Source: a virus (lineage: Duplodnaviria > Caudoviricetes). From it: a stretch of DNA of 64,000 bases. Below the pieces are notes generated by a model. That model worked only from the letters and a program-made list of their open reading frames with translations. It was not told the DNA's origin and did no database searches. Both the position numbers and the translations under genes were made by a program. Location: positions 128,001 to 192,000 of the IMG/VR virus record IMGVR_UViG_3300031813_000003; one strand, 5' to 3'. Below are positions 21,695-31,980 of this stretch, piece after piece. Numbering within the stretch: the first letter of the stretch is position 1; each line of letters starts with the position of its first letter.

Positions 21695-22594
21695 ATGAAA
21701 CTCAAACTGTTTGGTAAAGATTTCGAAGTCAAGGATCATCACTGTAACTTCAATGATCATGTAGGATCAAAGATCGATGAACCATATGTCAATCTTTATG
21801 TTCGTCTTACGGATATCTGCCAAGCAAAATGTAAGTTCTGTGAATTTCATAAAAGTAAATCACCAGAATTTGATGTATACAAGTTCCTATACACGTTAAC
21901 ACGTTTGTCTAAAGAAGTACGGATTAATAAAGTATCTTTTACCGGTGGGGAACCCACGCTTAATGTTGAGTTGCTGAACAGACTTCTCAAAGAAGTAAAA
22001 AGTATTGATCCAAGTATCTTCACTGTTGTGAATACCAACGGTTATAACTTTATGAACATTGATCCTGAGTATGTGAATAGTATTGCTCTTTCAAGGCATC
22101 ATACATCGAATGCCAAGAACAATGAAATTTTTGGGGTTGACCCATACGGTATTTGGATCACTAATTCTAATGAAATCAGAAAGTATCCGCATAAAGACAA
22201 ACTTCATCTTTCGTGTAACCTGATTAAAGGTTATATTGATTCAAATAAAATGTGTTTTGATTATATTCAGTATTTTGGTGAAATGGGTATAACTGATATC
22301 GGATTTGTTACTTTTATGAGTGTGAATGAATATGCTCATACTCACCAAGTCGATTTCTCTGATATCAATTTGGATGAAATGCCTGCTACAATCAAGTCCC
22401 AAAATTGGCGCAAAGTAGAAGAAGGTGAGATTAAATGTAAATGCTGTAACTATCTCACTTCTACTGGAAGTGGTAATATTGTGAAGTCTTACGCTAGGTA
22501 TTACTCCGATAGAACTGAATGTAAAGGAATTCTGGTATATGAACCGAATGGTAAACTAACCAATGGATTTGGTGGAGAGGTTATAAATGGTTAA
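21695..22594 (+). CDS. Radical SAM enzyme
   Basis: CQAKCKFC, TGGEP, NTNG, extra C-terminal cysteines. Confidence 0.88.
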   Translation: MKLKLFGKDFEVKDHHCNFNDHVGSKIDEPYVNLYVRLTDICQAKCKFCEFHKSKSPEFDVYKFLYTLTRLSKEVRINKVSFTGGEPTLNVELLNRLLKEVKSIDPSIFTVVNTNGYNFMNIDPEYVNSIALSRHHTSNAKNNEIFGVDPYGIWITNSNEIRKYPHKDKLHLSCNLIKGYIDSNKMCFDYIQYFGEMGITDIGFVTFMSVNEYAHTHQVDFSDINLDEMPATIKSQNWRKVEEGEIKCKCCNYLTSTGSGNIVKSYARYYSDRTECKGILVYEPNGKLTNGFGGEVING

Positions 22595-22740
22595 ACATAG
22601 AAGAGGATTACCTCGTAAACCTCAAAATACTGGATTTATTGATGGGTTAGGTATATGAGTGAGCATACTGCACTGAATATAGCATTGTTCATCTGTTGTG
22701 TTGTTGTATATGGATACTGTAAATTCAAAGGAATAATATA

Positions 22741-23325
22741 ATGATGCGAGATAAGGTAGCACTCTTCGATATGGATGGAACACTGGCTGATTATGATGGT
22801 CAGCTACTAAAGGATTTAGAGAAGATTCGTTCCAAATATGAACCAAAGATATTTGATGTTCATTGTGATATTGATTATGTGGAAGCACGTAGGCATATGA
22901 TCACAAGTCAAGCAGGGTGGTGGTTGAGACTCCCTAAATTCCAGTTAGGATGGGAAGTATATGCTCAATGCCAGTATATAGGATACAAGATTGCTATCTT
23001 GACCAAAGGCCCTGCTTCCAAATATAATGCATGGTCTGAGAAGCTTCAGTGGTGCCATGCTCACCTAGGCAAAGATAACATCAGTGGAGTGACCATTACC
23101 CATGATAAAGGGCTGGTATATGGGAATGTTCTGGTGGATGATTTCCCTGATTACATCGAAGCTTGGTTGAAATTTCGCCCTAGGGGTCTGGTTATCATGC
23201 CAGCGCATGAATTCAATAAAAAATTTAAACATCCTAATGTTGTTCGTTATGATGGAACCAATATGAACGAAGTTGTTTTAAGACTGTTAGAGCAATATAA
23301 TAGAAAACAAATAGACAAAGAATAA
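22741..23325 (+). CDS. HAD-family 5'(3')-nucleotidase-like protein
   Basis: FDMDGTLAD, K..W, LVDD. Confidence 0.85.
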   Translation: MMRDKVALFDMDGTLADYDGQLLKDLEKIRSKYEPKIFDVHCDIDYVEARRHMITSQAGWWLRLPKFQLGWEVYAQCQYIGYKIAILTKGPASKYNAWSEKLQWCHAHLGKDNISGVTITHDKGLVYGNVLVDDFPDYIEAWLKFRPRGLVIMPAHEFNKKFKHPNVVRYDGTNMNEVVLRLLEQYNRKQIDKE

Positions 23326-23335
23326 ATCTTTTGTT

Positions 23336-23899
23336 ATGATAGGTACAAATGAATTTAAGGAAAGAGAAATGGATGTAATAAGTTGTAGTAAATTTTTGAG
23401 TTTTGTATTGAGGCATAAACCTCAAGAAATCGGGATCACTCTTGATGAAGCAGGGTGGGTTGGTATTTACGAATTACTACACAAAGCTAAATCGAAGGGT
23501 ATTGTAATTAGCATTGAACTTTTGAAAAAAGTAGTAGCAGAGAACAACAAGAAGAGATTTGAGTTTTCTACTGATCAAACAAAGATCAGGGCAAGCCAAG
23601 GTCATTCGGTAAAAGTTGAACTCGGATATGAACACACAGTCCCTCCTAAATTCTTATATCATGGAACCTGTGAAAGATTTGTAGATTCAATCTTGCAGGA
23701 AGGAATTCAGAAAATGAGTAGGCATCATGTTCATCTTTCTGATAACATCAATACTGCAAAACAAGTGGGTTCCAGACATGGTGATGTGTTTGTGTTTGTT
23801 GTGAAAGCTGCTGAAATGCATAAACATGGATTCGCATTCTTCAAATCAACAAATGGGGTGTGGTTAGTCGATCATGTCCCTAGTGAGTATATCGTATGA
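23336..23899 (+). CDS. kptA: RNA 2'-phosphotransferase Tpt1/KptA
   Basis: SKFLSFVLRH, KKRF, IRASQGHS, LYHGT, RHHVHLS, NGVWL. Confidence 0.95.
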   Translation: MIGTNEFKEREMDVISCSKFLSFVLRHKPQEIGITLDEAGWVGIYELLHKAKSKGIVISIELLKKVVAENNKKRFEFSTDQTKIRASQGHSVKVELGYEHTVPPKFLYHGTCERFVDSILQEGIQKMSRHHVHLSDNINTAKQVGSRHGDVFVFVVKAAEMHKHGFAFFKSTNGVWLVDHVPSEYIV

Positions 23900-24047
23900 A
23901 AGGTATGTTTGAAAAGTGTGATGGAGAACATAACTGGTTAAAAGTAAAAGTGCATAGAGGTACTTATCCAAGAACCAGATTTTGTTGTTGCGAATGTTGT
24001 AATGCCCGACAAGTAAAACAATCAAATGATTCAGAATGGGATAATAT

Positions 24048-24383
24048 ATGAAGCGAATCTTTATCAGCATTCCATATACTCATCCTGATCCAGCAGTTGT
24101 TGAAGAAAGGGTGAAAGCAGCTGAATCTTACTTTATGGAACTTCTTCATAGAGGCGATTGCCCTGTAAGCCCTGTTGTAGTCGGCCATAACTTCGTGACT
24201 AAATATGGAGCAAACTGCTCTTTTGAATTTTGGGACAAGTTCTGTATGGAGCAACTCGCTACTTGTAGTGAATTACACATACTGACCCTTGATGGATGGG
24301 ATACATCAACCGGTGTTGCAAAAGAAAATGACATGGCACAATATTTTTTTGGTATACCAGTAAGAATGATAGAACCTAAATAA
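24048..24383 (+). CDS. DUF1937-like (NDT-fold) protein
   Basis: IFISIPYTHPD, SP...H, GW..S.GV..E. Confidence 0.75.
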   Translation: MKRIFISIPYTHPDPAVVEERVKAAESYFMELLHRGDCPVSPVVVGHNFVTKYGANCSFEFWDKFCMEQLATCSELHILTLDGWDTSTGVAKENDMAQYFFGIPVRMIEPK

Positions 24384-24684
24384 AACTAAAAAGGACGGTG
24401 ATTCAAAATGGAAACTATTCAGGAACAGCTTAAAGAAGCAGGGTTTGATTTTGCAGTAGCTATCGCAACTGAAGCAGAGATTACTGCTGGTGCTGCGTGT
24501 GGGCAACTTAGTCTAATCGTAGAGTAAATGAATACTGTGTATGAAATTCGGGTCTGGTTGCCTAAACAAGGCAATAAGATTGCATTAGTTAATGCGTCAA
24601 ATCCAGAAGAAGCATATCAACTTATTGAAGATTTTGTAATACAACAATTTCAAAATGACAGAATAACATTAGTAGATTTAAAGG

Positions 24685-26271
24685 ATGAACGATAGACGTT
24701 CACCTATTTCAACAGTAAGGGAGTCTTACGTTATGAATGTAGTATTTAATGCAGTAGGCAAAGATATTGTAAAAGCGTTTCCAGCTGGGTTTACTTATAA
24801 AACAGAAGATGGTTCTGTTTTATTCAGTCCTTGGGTATCCTACCCTAATCAACGAATTTGGAATGAGAATAACCTGTTACTCAAAGTAGATTCTTATAAG
24901 CCAAGTCATGCACCCTGTTATCCTCCTGATGCAGATGCAATGGAATCTTACATCGAAGCAAGAGCAGGAGATCACCTTCTGTTTTTCGGTCTTCAGATGT
25001 ACATCCAGAAGTATCTGATGACTCCTATCTCCCAAGCAGATATCGATGAAGCTGTAGATTTCTTTGCACTTCATGGTGAGCCTTTCGATAAAGAAATGTG
25101 GCAACACATTTTTGACACTTACAACGGGTTTATTCCTGTTGTGATTTCTGCAATCCCTGAAGGAACTGTAGTCCCTAACCGAAATATCATTGCAAAGATT
25201 TCTTGCACTGATAAGAAATGCTTCAGTGTAGCTTCTTATCTTGAAACTTCGTTCCTCAGAGGGGTATGGTATCCATCGTCTACAGGAACTATTAGTTATG
25301 ACTGCCGTGTAGAAATCAAAAAATACATGGAACTGACTGCTGACTCTCTTGAAGGACTTAACTTCAAACTACACAGCTTTGCTGGTAGGGGTGTTAGTTC
25401 CAGTGAATCTGCAGCACTTGGTGATGCTGGTCATATGGCAACTGGTGCAATGGGGTCTGACACTGTAGAAGGGGTCATACGGGCAAATAATGCCTATGGG
25501 TGTACCGGTGGTATGTCTGCATTCTCTATCCCTGCTACAGAGCATTCTACGATTACCAGTTGGGGGAAAGAAAACGAGGCAGCTGCATATAAAAACTTCC
25601 TCGACAAATATCTTCTGCCTGGAAAAATCTGTGCATGTGTCTCTGACTCCTATGACATCATGGAAGCATGTGACATTTGGGGAACAATTCATAAAGATCA
25701 GATTGTGAATTCTGGTGGAACATTAGTTGTTCGTCCTGATTCTGGTGAACCAGCACCTACGGTTCTTGCTGTAGTTGAACGTCTGGAAAAGTATTTTGGA
25801 ACTACTGTAAACTCCAAAGGTTATAAAGTTCTCCCTGATTGTATCAGGGTTATCCAAGGTGATGGAATTAACAGGAATGCTATTGTGGAAATCCTCCAGC
25901 TGCTTATGTGGAAAGGATATTCTGCTGACAACGTTGCCTTTGGTATGGGTGGAGCATTACTTCAACATGTAAACCGTGATACCTTTGGTTTCGTTATGAA
26001 GTGTTGCGCAATCAGGATTGGTGGAGTTTGGGTTGATGTGTTCAAGGAAGCTCCAGGCAAGAACAGTAAGAAAGGTAGACTTGAACTGATTCAGTACCCT
26101 GATAGAACCTATGAAACTATCAGGGTTGAAGATATCCGTTGGGTTGATAACAAGATGGAAGGTAAGAAAGTACTTGAAATCGCTTACCAATTGGTAAAAC
26201 AGGGAAACTTCTATTACCCTGTTTACCGTCACCAAGATTTGGATGATGTTCGTGAACGTGCAAATCGTTAA
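24685..26271 (+). CDS. nadV: Nicotinamide phosphoribosyltransferase
   Basis: DSYK.SH, PATEHS, VSDSYD, VVRPDSG, VIQGDG, FGMGGALLQ...RD. Confidence 0.95.
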   Translation: MNDRRSPISTVRESYVMNVVFNAVGKDIVKAFPAGFTYKTEDGSVLFSPWVSYPNQRIWNENNLLLKVDSYKPSHAPCYPPDADAMESYIEARAGDHLLFFGLQMYIQKYLMTPISQADIDEAVDFFALHGEPFDKEMWQHIFDTYNGFIPVVISAIPEGTVVPNRNIIAKISCTDKKCFSVASYLETSFLRGVWYPSSTGTISYDCRVEIKKYMELTADSLEGLNFKLHSFAGRGVSSSESAALGDAGHMATGAMGSDTVEGVIRANNAYGCTGGMSAFSIPATEHSTITSWGKENEAAAYKNFLDKYLLPGKICACVSDSYDIMEACDIWGTIHKDQIVNSGGTLVVRPDSGEPAPTVLAVVERLEKYFGTTVNSKGYKVLPDCIRVIQGDGINRNAIVEILQLLMWKGYSADNVAFGMGGALLQHVNRDTFGFVMKCCAIRIGGVWVDVFKEAPGKNSKKGRLELIQYPDRTYETIRVEDIRWVDNKMEGKKVLEIAYQLVKQGNFYYPVYRHQDLDDVRERANR

Positions 26272-27196
26272 GAAGTGAAAGTTTAAATTGACAAATAAAT
26301 CTCCTTTGTGTTAAGATGTTTATACATTCAATCACAAAGGAGATTTTTCATGTCTATTTCAACTGTTGTCGATCTTAAAGATTGCCCTTTCTGCGGTCGT
26401 AGAGAAAAATCCTTTTATTTTGGACCTACTTCAGCAATGACATAGGGGATTGAATGCCCCTGTGGATGTAAGATGGAAGAAAAGATGTTTAACTCTTATT
26501 CAAAAAAAGATAAAGAAATAATGAAACAGATAGAAGATAAAAATTGTAATGACATGGGTTGCGTGTTAGCTTTAGATGTTTTTCATATGTTGAACGTAGC
26601 AGCAAAATGGAATACTAGAAAATGACAGAGGAGACAAAATGAAACTTAAATACGTGATAGTCAATTGTATGCCAATCATCTTTCCGTTAGGATTTCAGCA
26701 TAACGTGTTTGAACAAATTGGTGAGATTGAAGGTGCTGGTTTCGTTAATATTGTGAATGATCATGGAGAACTGAAAGGGAAAGTTCATGGTAAATCAACA
26801 TCAACGGGATTTGACGCTTGTCAAGACGATGAAATAATGATAAATATCATGTTGAAAGACCGTTAGGGAGGAGATTTATAAATGCAAGGAATTTTGTTTT
26901 ATATTATTGTGATGTAACCAACAAAGGAATAATAATGAAAATACATGTTGTTGAATTTAATGATGGAACATACGGTGTAAGAAAGATTATTGGTTGGTGG
27001 ATTTTCAAATCTGAACCGGTGTATCTAGATTTAAAAAGTAATTCGGTATATTTTTGGGGTAAACTATCAGATTATTTTGATCACTGTAAAACACCAAATA
27101 AGGAATTAGCAATATCAATGTATCAAAGATATATTGAAGATGAAAAAATAATTTATCCGTAAAGGTTAATATCAAAGGAGTCGATAAGATTAAAGA

Positions 27197-28282
27197 ATGA
27201 ATGTAAATGTAAACGAAGTAGAAGCAAATGAAGTGACTGATAGAGATTTACTAGCTGTAGTCTATAAAGTAGAAAGGCTAGAAGCAATCCCTAACAAAGA
27301 TCGGATCGAACTTGTTCACCTGAAGGACTGTGGATATACTTGTATCTGTGAAAAAGGTCACACCGTAGGAGATTTGGTTGTATTCATCAAGTATGATACA
27401 ATTCTCCCTAAAATCGAAATGTTTAACTGGATGGCAGAATCTAAATACCGTGTTAAACCAAAATCCTTTACAGAGAGGGATGAAGAAGATAACGTAGTAA
27501 AGAAGATTTACAGTCAAGGTATTGTTATCCCCTTTCGTGTAGTTTCTGAATATATTGAATGTGATGATATCAATATTCGTTTTGAAGGTGCTGACCTAAC
27601 TTCATATCTAGGAATCGTCAAATACATTGCGCCTGTATCAAATGGTGGAATGGGTAATATGCAGTCAAAGGGTGATTTCCCTACCCACAAAGTATCAAAG
27701 ACAGATGAAATGAATGTCTGCTCTAAGATGAAAGCATACGCTGAAATTCAAGGGCAAGAAGTTTACATCACTCAGAAGATCGAAGGTTCATCTGTTACTT
27801 TCTTCTGTGAAGATGATGAACTAGTTGTTTGTAGCAGAAACAACATCCTTATTGAAACTGAGGGTAACAAGTTTTGGCAAGGAGTTAAGAAGTACGATAC
27901 TAAAACTTTGTTCACTGATCTTCCTTGGTTGATTTGTCAGGCTGAACTTTATGGCCCAGGAATTCAGAAAAACAAACTAGGAACTGAATCTGTTGATATT
28001 ATGATCTTCAACATGATTGATGGAAGAACTAGGCAGAAGCTTGGTTACTACCGGATGATTGATATCGCAGTTAAATATAAGCTTCCTCTTGTTCCACTAA
28101 TTTGTTGTATCCAAAGTTTTGATTGGACTTTTGAACAACTTCAAGAATTTACTGATAAACAGAAGTACCCAAATGGTGAACTAGCTGAAGGTGTTGTTAT
28201 TCGTCCAGTAGAACCATTCATCAGTAAGGTTCTCCATGAAGAATGGTCCCTCAAATGTATTTCAAGAGAATACAAGCTTTGA
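27197..28282 (+). CDS. ATP-dependent RNA ligase, Rnl2/DRB0094 family with N-terminal OB-like domain
   Basis: IPNKDRIE, SQG, KTDE, TQKIEGSS motif I, CSRN, ELYGPGIQKN, EGVVIR. Confidence 0.9.
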   Translation: MNVNVNEVEANEVTDRDLLAVVYKVERLEAIPNKDRIELVHLKDCGYTCICEKGHTVGDLVVFIKYDTILPKIEMFNWMAESKYRVKPKSFTERDEEDNVVKKIYSQGIVIPFRVVSEYIECDDINIRFEGADLTSYLGIVKYIAPVSNGGMGNMQSKGDFPTHKVSKTDEMNVCSKMKAYAEIQGQEVYITQKIEGSSVTFFCEDDELVVCSRNNILIETEGNKFWQGVKKYDTKTLFTDLPWLICQAELYGPGIQKNKLGTESVDIMIFNMIDGRTRQKLGYYRMIDIAVKYKLPLVPLICCIQSFDWTFEQLQEFTDKQKYPNGELAEGVVIRPVEPFISKVLHEEWSLKCISREYKL

Positions 28283-29076
28283 TAGAATACACTAATGGAC
28301 AATTTGGCACTATTGCTCCTGTTAAAGATATCTTCGATTTCCTTTATGAAAAGAGTGACTTCGAAGGTATCAAGGCAGTGCATATAGGGGAAGTCGAAGA
28401 ACTACAACGAATCAGACAGAATAAAGTATCAACTGAAGCTTTATGTGATCGTCTTGATGAACTTGAAAGAGAATTAGCTACACTTAAACCCAAAGGGATA
28501 GTGAAGAGGAAAGAAGACGAAGAACCTATTGCCACTCGTAGGACATATCCTGTGAGTCCTGAACGTCCTTCTAGCCCTGTTAATACCACATCTGTATCAA
28601 TGGATCGTCCTAACTATCATCACACTCAGAATGGCACTCCTGTTCGTTCCTATGGTAATGCAACAGCACCAGCACCAGCACCTGTTCATAACACAACTAT
28701 CATCAACAACGGTGGAAACAGTGGAAACAACAATGGTGGAGATTTTGTAACTGGAATGATGGCAGGGGCATTGCTCGACAACGCACTTTCCAGTAACCAT
28801 CACCATGATCGTGAAGTTGTGGTTGAGCGTGAGTACGTACCTGTTCGTGAAGTAGAAGTGCGTGAAACTGAAACATCCAGATCGACTTGGGATACACCTA
28901 AAGAAGAATCCAAATCCAGTTCATGGGATGCACCTAAAGAATCATCACATTCCAGTTCATGGGATGATCATTCTAGTAGTAATAGCAGTTCATGGGATAA
29001 TAGTTCTTCATCAGATTCCAGTAGTTCTTGGGGTGATAGCTCATCTTCAGACTCTAGCGGCGGGGGTGACTGGTAA
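28279..29076 (+). CDS. Hypothetical protein with S/W/D low-complexity tail
   Basis: Gly-zipper GMMAGALL and repeated SSSWD units; start uncertain. Confidence 0.65.
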   Translation: MIEYTNGQFGTIAPVKDIFDFLYEKSDFEGIKAVHIGEVEELQRIRQNKVSTEALCDRLDELERELATLKPKGIVKRKEDEEPIATRRTYPVSPERPSSPVNTTSVSMDRPNYHHTQNGTPVRSYGNATAPAPAPVHNTTIINNGGNSGNNNGGDFVTGMMAGALLDNALSSNHHHDREVVVEREYVPVREVEVRETETSRSTWDTPKEESKSSSWDAPKESSHSSSWDDHSSSNSSSWDNSSSSDSSSSWGDSSSSDSSGGGDW

Positions 29077-29171
29077 TGACATTCACAGTACTTTATTTGA
29101 TAGGATCAGGAATTGTGATTGGGTTAATTATAGGGCATTGGTTGTGGAAACCTAAAAAGGAGACTAAATAA

Positions 29172-29513
29172 ATGAACGATGTAACTAAAGTAGTTGTATG
29201 TATTGTTGGGTTTGTTGTGTTCATCATCGGAATCAGTTGGATTTCAATGGGCAATGAATTCATGTTATACAAATATTTTGCGCCTAAGCAGGAAGCAGTA
29301 CGGACCAAGGTTTATCGTGAGTCCCAAGCTCAACAGGATGGTATGATAAACGAACTTCAGAAAATGCAGATTGAATATGCATCTGCTAGTCCTGAAGGTA
29401 AATTAATCATTGCAGATGCTGTAGTTTCACGGTCTGCTCAATTCACTGGACAACTTACTCCTAGTCTTGATGCTTTCGTTTCCAAATGTAAGGCGCAGAA
29501 AGGAATCAACTAA
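29172..29513 (+). CDS. Single-pass membrane protein
   Basis: N-terminal hydrophobic helix; AGGAG RBS. Confidence 0.7.
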   Translation: MNDVTKVVVCIVGFVVFIIGISWISMGNEFMLYKYFAPKQEAVRTKVYRESQAQQDGMINELQKMQIEYASASPEGKLIIADAVVSRSAQFTGQLTPSLDAFVSKCKAQKGIN

Positions 29514-29514
29514 A

Positions 29515-29676
29515 GTGATCAACAAGAAAGGGTTTGCCCTAATAGAACTTATCATTGTGGTTGCTATCGTAGGAATTCTTATTGCCATTGCTGTACCACA
29601 ATACATAAATTACCATAATCATGGATATATTCAGAATGATATCAACACTCAAAGGAATCCTGATTACCGACCATAA
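29515..29676 (+). CDS. Short type IV prepilin, Geobacter PilA-N-like (47 aa mature)
   Basis: GTG start after AGGAA; NKKG/FALIELIIVVAIVGILIAIAVPQY class III signal with E5 and P22. Confidence 0.88.
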   Translation: MINKKGFALIELIIVVAIVGILIAIAVPQYINYHNHGYIQNDINTQRNPDYRP

Positions 29677-29869
29677 GGGATTTGGTGTAGTAGAACTTAT
29701 AATTGGGATTGTTATAGTAGGACTAATACTAGCTATTATTCCTGCTGTAACATACCTTCACATAGTGAATTATATCACACCTAAAGCTTTAGAATCAAAT
29801 CAACATCGTTATGGATATATTCATAGGGATTTTGACTCACATCGTAACCCTTACTATAAAGAATATTAA
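29636..29869 (+). CDS. Second short prepilin-like paralog
   Basis: HKG/FGVVELIIGIVIVGLILAIIP; C-terminal GYI..D....RNP.Y shared with the first pilin; start uncertain. Confidence 0.75.
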   Translation: MISTLKGILITDHKGFGVVELIIGIVIVGLILAIIPAVTYLHIVNYITPKALESNQHRYGYIHRDFDSHRNPYYKEY

Positions 29870-29882
29870 AGGAAATAAAAAA

Positions 29883-30419
29883 ATGAAAAATGTTGTTATG
29901 TTTATGTGTCTGCTTGTTAGTTGTTCACTGTTTGTAGGGTGTAAAGAAAAACCTATCCATCAAACTGCGGATCAGCAAATTAACCGTCAACAGGAAGGAA
30001 TGGCTCAACAGGCAAACAAAGAAGCTGGTATGCCTGGGATTTCTAACTTCACCGAAAAGAAAACCATGCGTAAAATCCTTGAAAAACGTGATTCTGCGAA
30101 CCTTGTAACTTATGGCTACATCTGGTCACCTATGCTTGCTAAATTTCGGTTTGTCGGTATTGGTTATGGGTATCCACTTCCTTATGCAACTCAGTACACC
30201 AATCCTACGAGGATTGCTAGGCATGACGAAGTTCCATATGTTGGTAATGTAACTCTTCCCCAAGCTGACCCTACAGGTCTTTGGAGCCCTGCATCAGCTG
30301 ATGCAACTTGGTGGTTGATGATGGATGAAGAAACCAAAAGTGTTGACGCTGAATATTTTGAAGAAAGAATCAATGTTGTTCTTCATAAACTCCCTAAGCG
30401 TATGGTTATCCAAGATTAA
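29883..30419 (+). CDS. Lipoprotein
   Basis: Signal peptide ending in lipobox FVGC. Confidence 0.7.
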   Translation: MKNVVMFMCLLVSCSLFVGCKEKPIHQTADQQINRQQEGMAQQANKEAGMPGISNFTEKKTMRKILEKRDSANLVTYGYIWSPMLAKFRFVGIGYGYPLPYATQYTNPTRIARHDEVPYVGNVTLPQADPTGLWSPASADATWWLMMDEETKSVDAEYFEERINVVLHKLPKRMVIQD

Positions 30420-30492
30420 TACAAACTGAATCCTTTTTGGAGCAATAAATAAAGTTGAAGTTGACTAAAATTTATTGCTTCAAAAGGATTTT

Positions 30493-31980
30493 ATGCCAAA
30501 GATTTATGTACTTGACACAAATGTTCTGCTCTTAGATGGAAACGCAATCAACAAATTCGAAGAAAACATCGTAGTTATCCCTCAACCTGTTCTAAATGAA
30601 ATTGACAAACACAAAAAAGACCCTGATGGTGAGATTAGATACAATTCTAGACAGTTCTCTAGGAACGTAGATGAATTAAGGAAACAAGGAAGTCTATCAA
30701 ATGGTGTTCAGCTAAATGATCAAGGTGGAATGCTGTATGTAACTCTATTTGATGATAATGTAGCTTCATTATTACCCTTCCAAGATATGTCCTATATGGA
30801 CAACCGTATCCTTGCTTGCGCTTTATATGTTCAAAAAAATAACTTTTGTGAATTAGGTGAAGAAGTATATGAGGTTGTCATTGTTTCTAATGATACCAAC
30901 ATGCGTATTCTTGCTGATATTTTTGGTCTTCAAGCTGAAGACTATAAAAATTCTAAAGTACAAAGTGATGAACTATACACAGGGATTCAACATATCTATG
31001 TTGACCAACAGTGTATTGACTTGATGTATACCCTAGGAAAATTCGATCTAGCTGATGCTCAACCATTCTTAGATGATTCACATTTGGGGGTTTCATTTAA
31101 TATTACTGATGAATATATATCATATGTACCTTCCCCAAATGAATGTTTTGTATTTCATTCTCTATCAAATACAAAACAAAGTGCGTTGACTAGGTACAAC
31201 TCTGTAATGAAAGAGTTTAGAGTACTTCCACAAGATATGAAAACTTGTGATGCTCTTCCACGTAGTGCTGAACAAGCATTCGCATTGGATATTCTTAAAG
31301 ACCCTGAAGTATGCTTAGTATCTCTTAACGCCAAGGCAGGGTGTGGTAAAACTTTCTTAGCCCTAGCTGCTGCAATACATGGTGTGATGGAAACCCATAC
31401 ATACAACAAAATCCTACTTTTAAAGCCTATTGTGCCAATGGATAATAGTCATGAGCTAGGATTCCTCCCAGGAGGTCTAGACGAGAAGCTTGGACCTTGG
31501 ATGGCATCTTATGCAGACAACATCGAACAGATAATGTCCAAGTATATCAAAGAAGATGGATATGACAAAGGGAAGAAACCAAAGAACAAGAAAGAAGAAA
31601 AGCAACAAGATGATTACTTTGAGAAACAACAAGGTAAAACTAGCCCTATTCAGGAAATGATTGCTTTAGGATTGCTTGAATTTGGATCACTAGAGCATGC
31701 TAGAGGGCGAAACTGGAGCAACACATACGTCATCATAGATGAAGGACAAAATACCAGTAAAAGCACAATGAAGACCATTCTGACACGTATTGGGGAAGGA
31801 TCAAAGATTGTAGTTATGGGTGACCCTAGCCAGATAGATTCTCCATACCTTGACAGTAAGAGTAATGGACTTGTGATAGTTCAAGACCTTTTTAGATCAT
31901 CTGACCTAGCAGGGCATATCACCCTAACAAAATCTGAAAGAAGTAAACTTGCAGAACTAGCAGCTGAACTACTAAACTAA
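30493..31980 (+). CDS. phoH: PhoH-family ATPase with N-terminal PIN domain (PhoH2/YlaK type)
   Basis: YVLDTNVLL PIN; AGCGKT, LGFLPG, RGR, IIDEGQN, LTRIGEGSK, GDPSQID. Confidence 0.95.
   Translation: MPKIYVLDTNVLLLDGNAINKFEENIVVIPQPVLNEIDKHKKDPDGEIRYNSRQFSRNVDELRKQGSLSNGVQLNDQGGMLYVTLFDDNVASLLPFQDMSYMDNRILACALYVQKNNFCELGEEVYEVVIVSNDTNMRILADIFGLQAEDYKNSKVQSDELYTGIQHIYVDQQCIDLMYTLGKFDLADAQPFLDDSHLGVSFNITDEYISYVPSPNECFVFHSLSNTKQSALTRYNSVMKEFRVLPQDMKTCDALPRSAEQAFALDILKDPEVCLVSLNAKAGCGKTFLALAAAIHGVMETHTYNKILLLKPIVPMDNSHELGFLPGGLDEKLGPWMASYADNIEQIMSKYIKEDGYDKGKKPKNKKEEKQQDDYFEKQQGKTSPIQEMIALGLLEFGSLEHARGRNWSNTYVIIDEGQNTSKSTMKTILTRIGEGSKIVVMGDPSQIDSPYLDSKSNGLVIVQDLFRSSDLAGHITLTKSERSKLAELAAELLN

Noticed and set aside
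28870-29076. DNA repeat array
   Set aside because: It is coding low-complexity sequence (SSSWD units)
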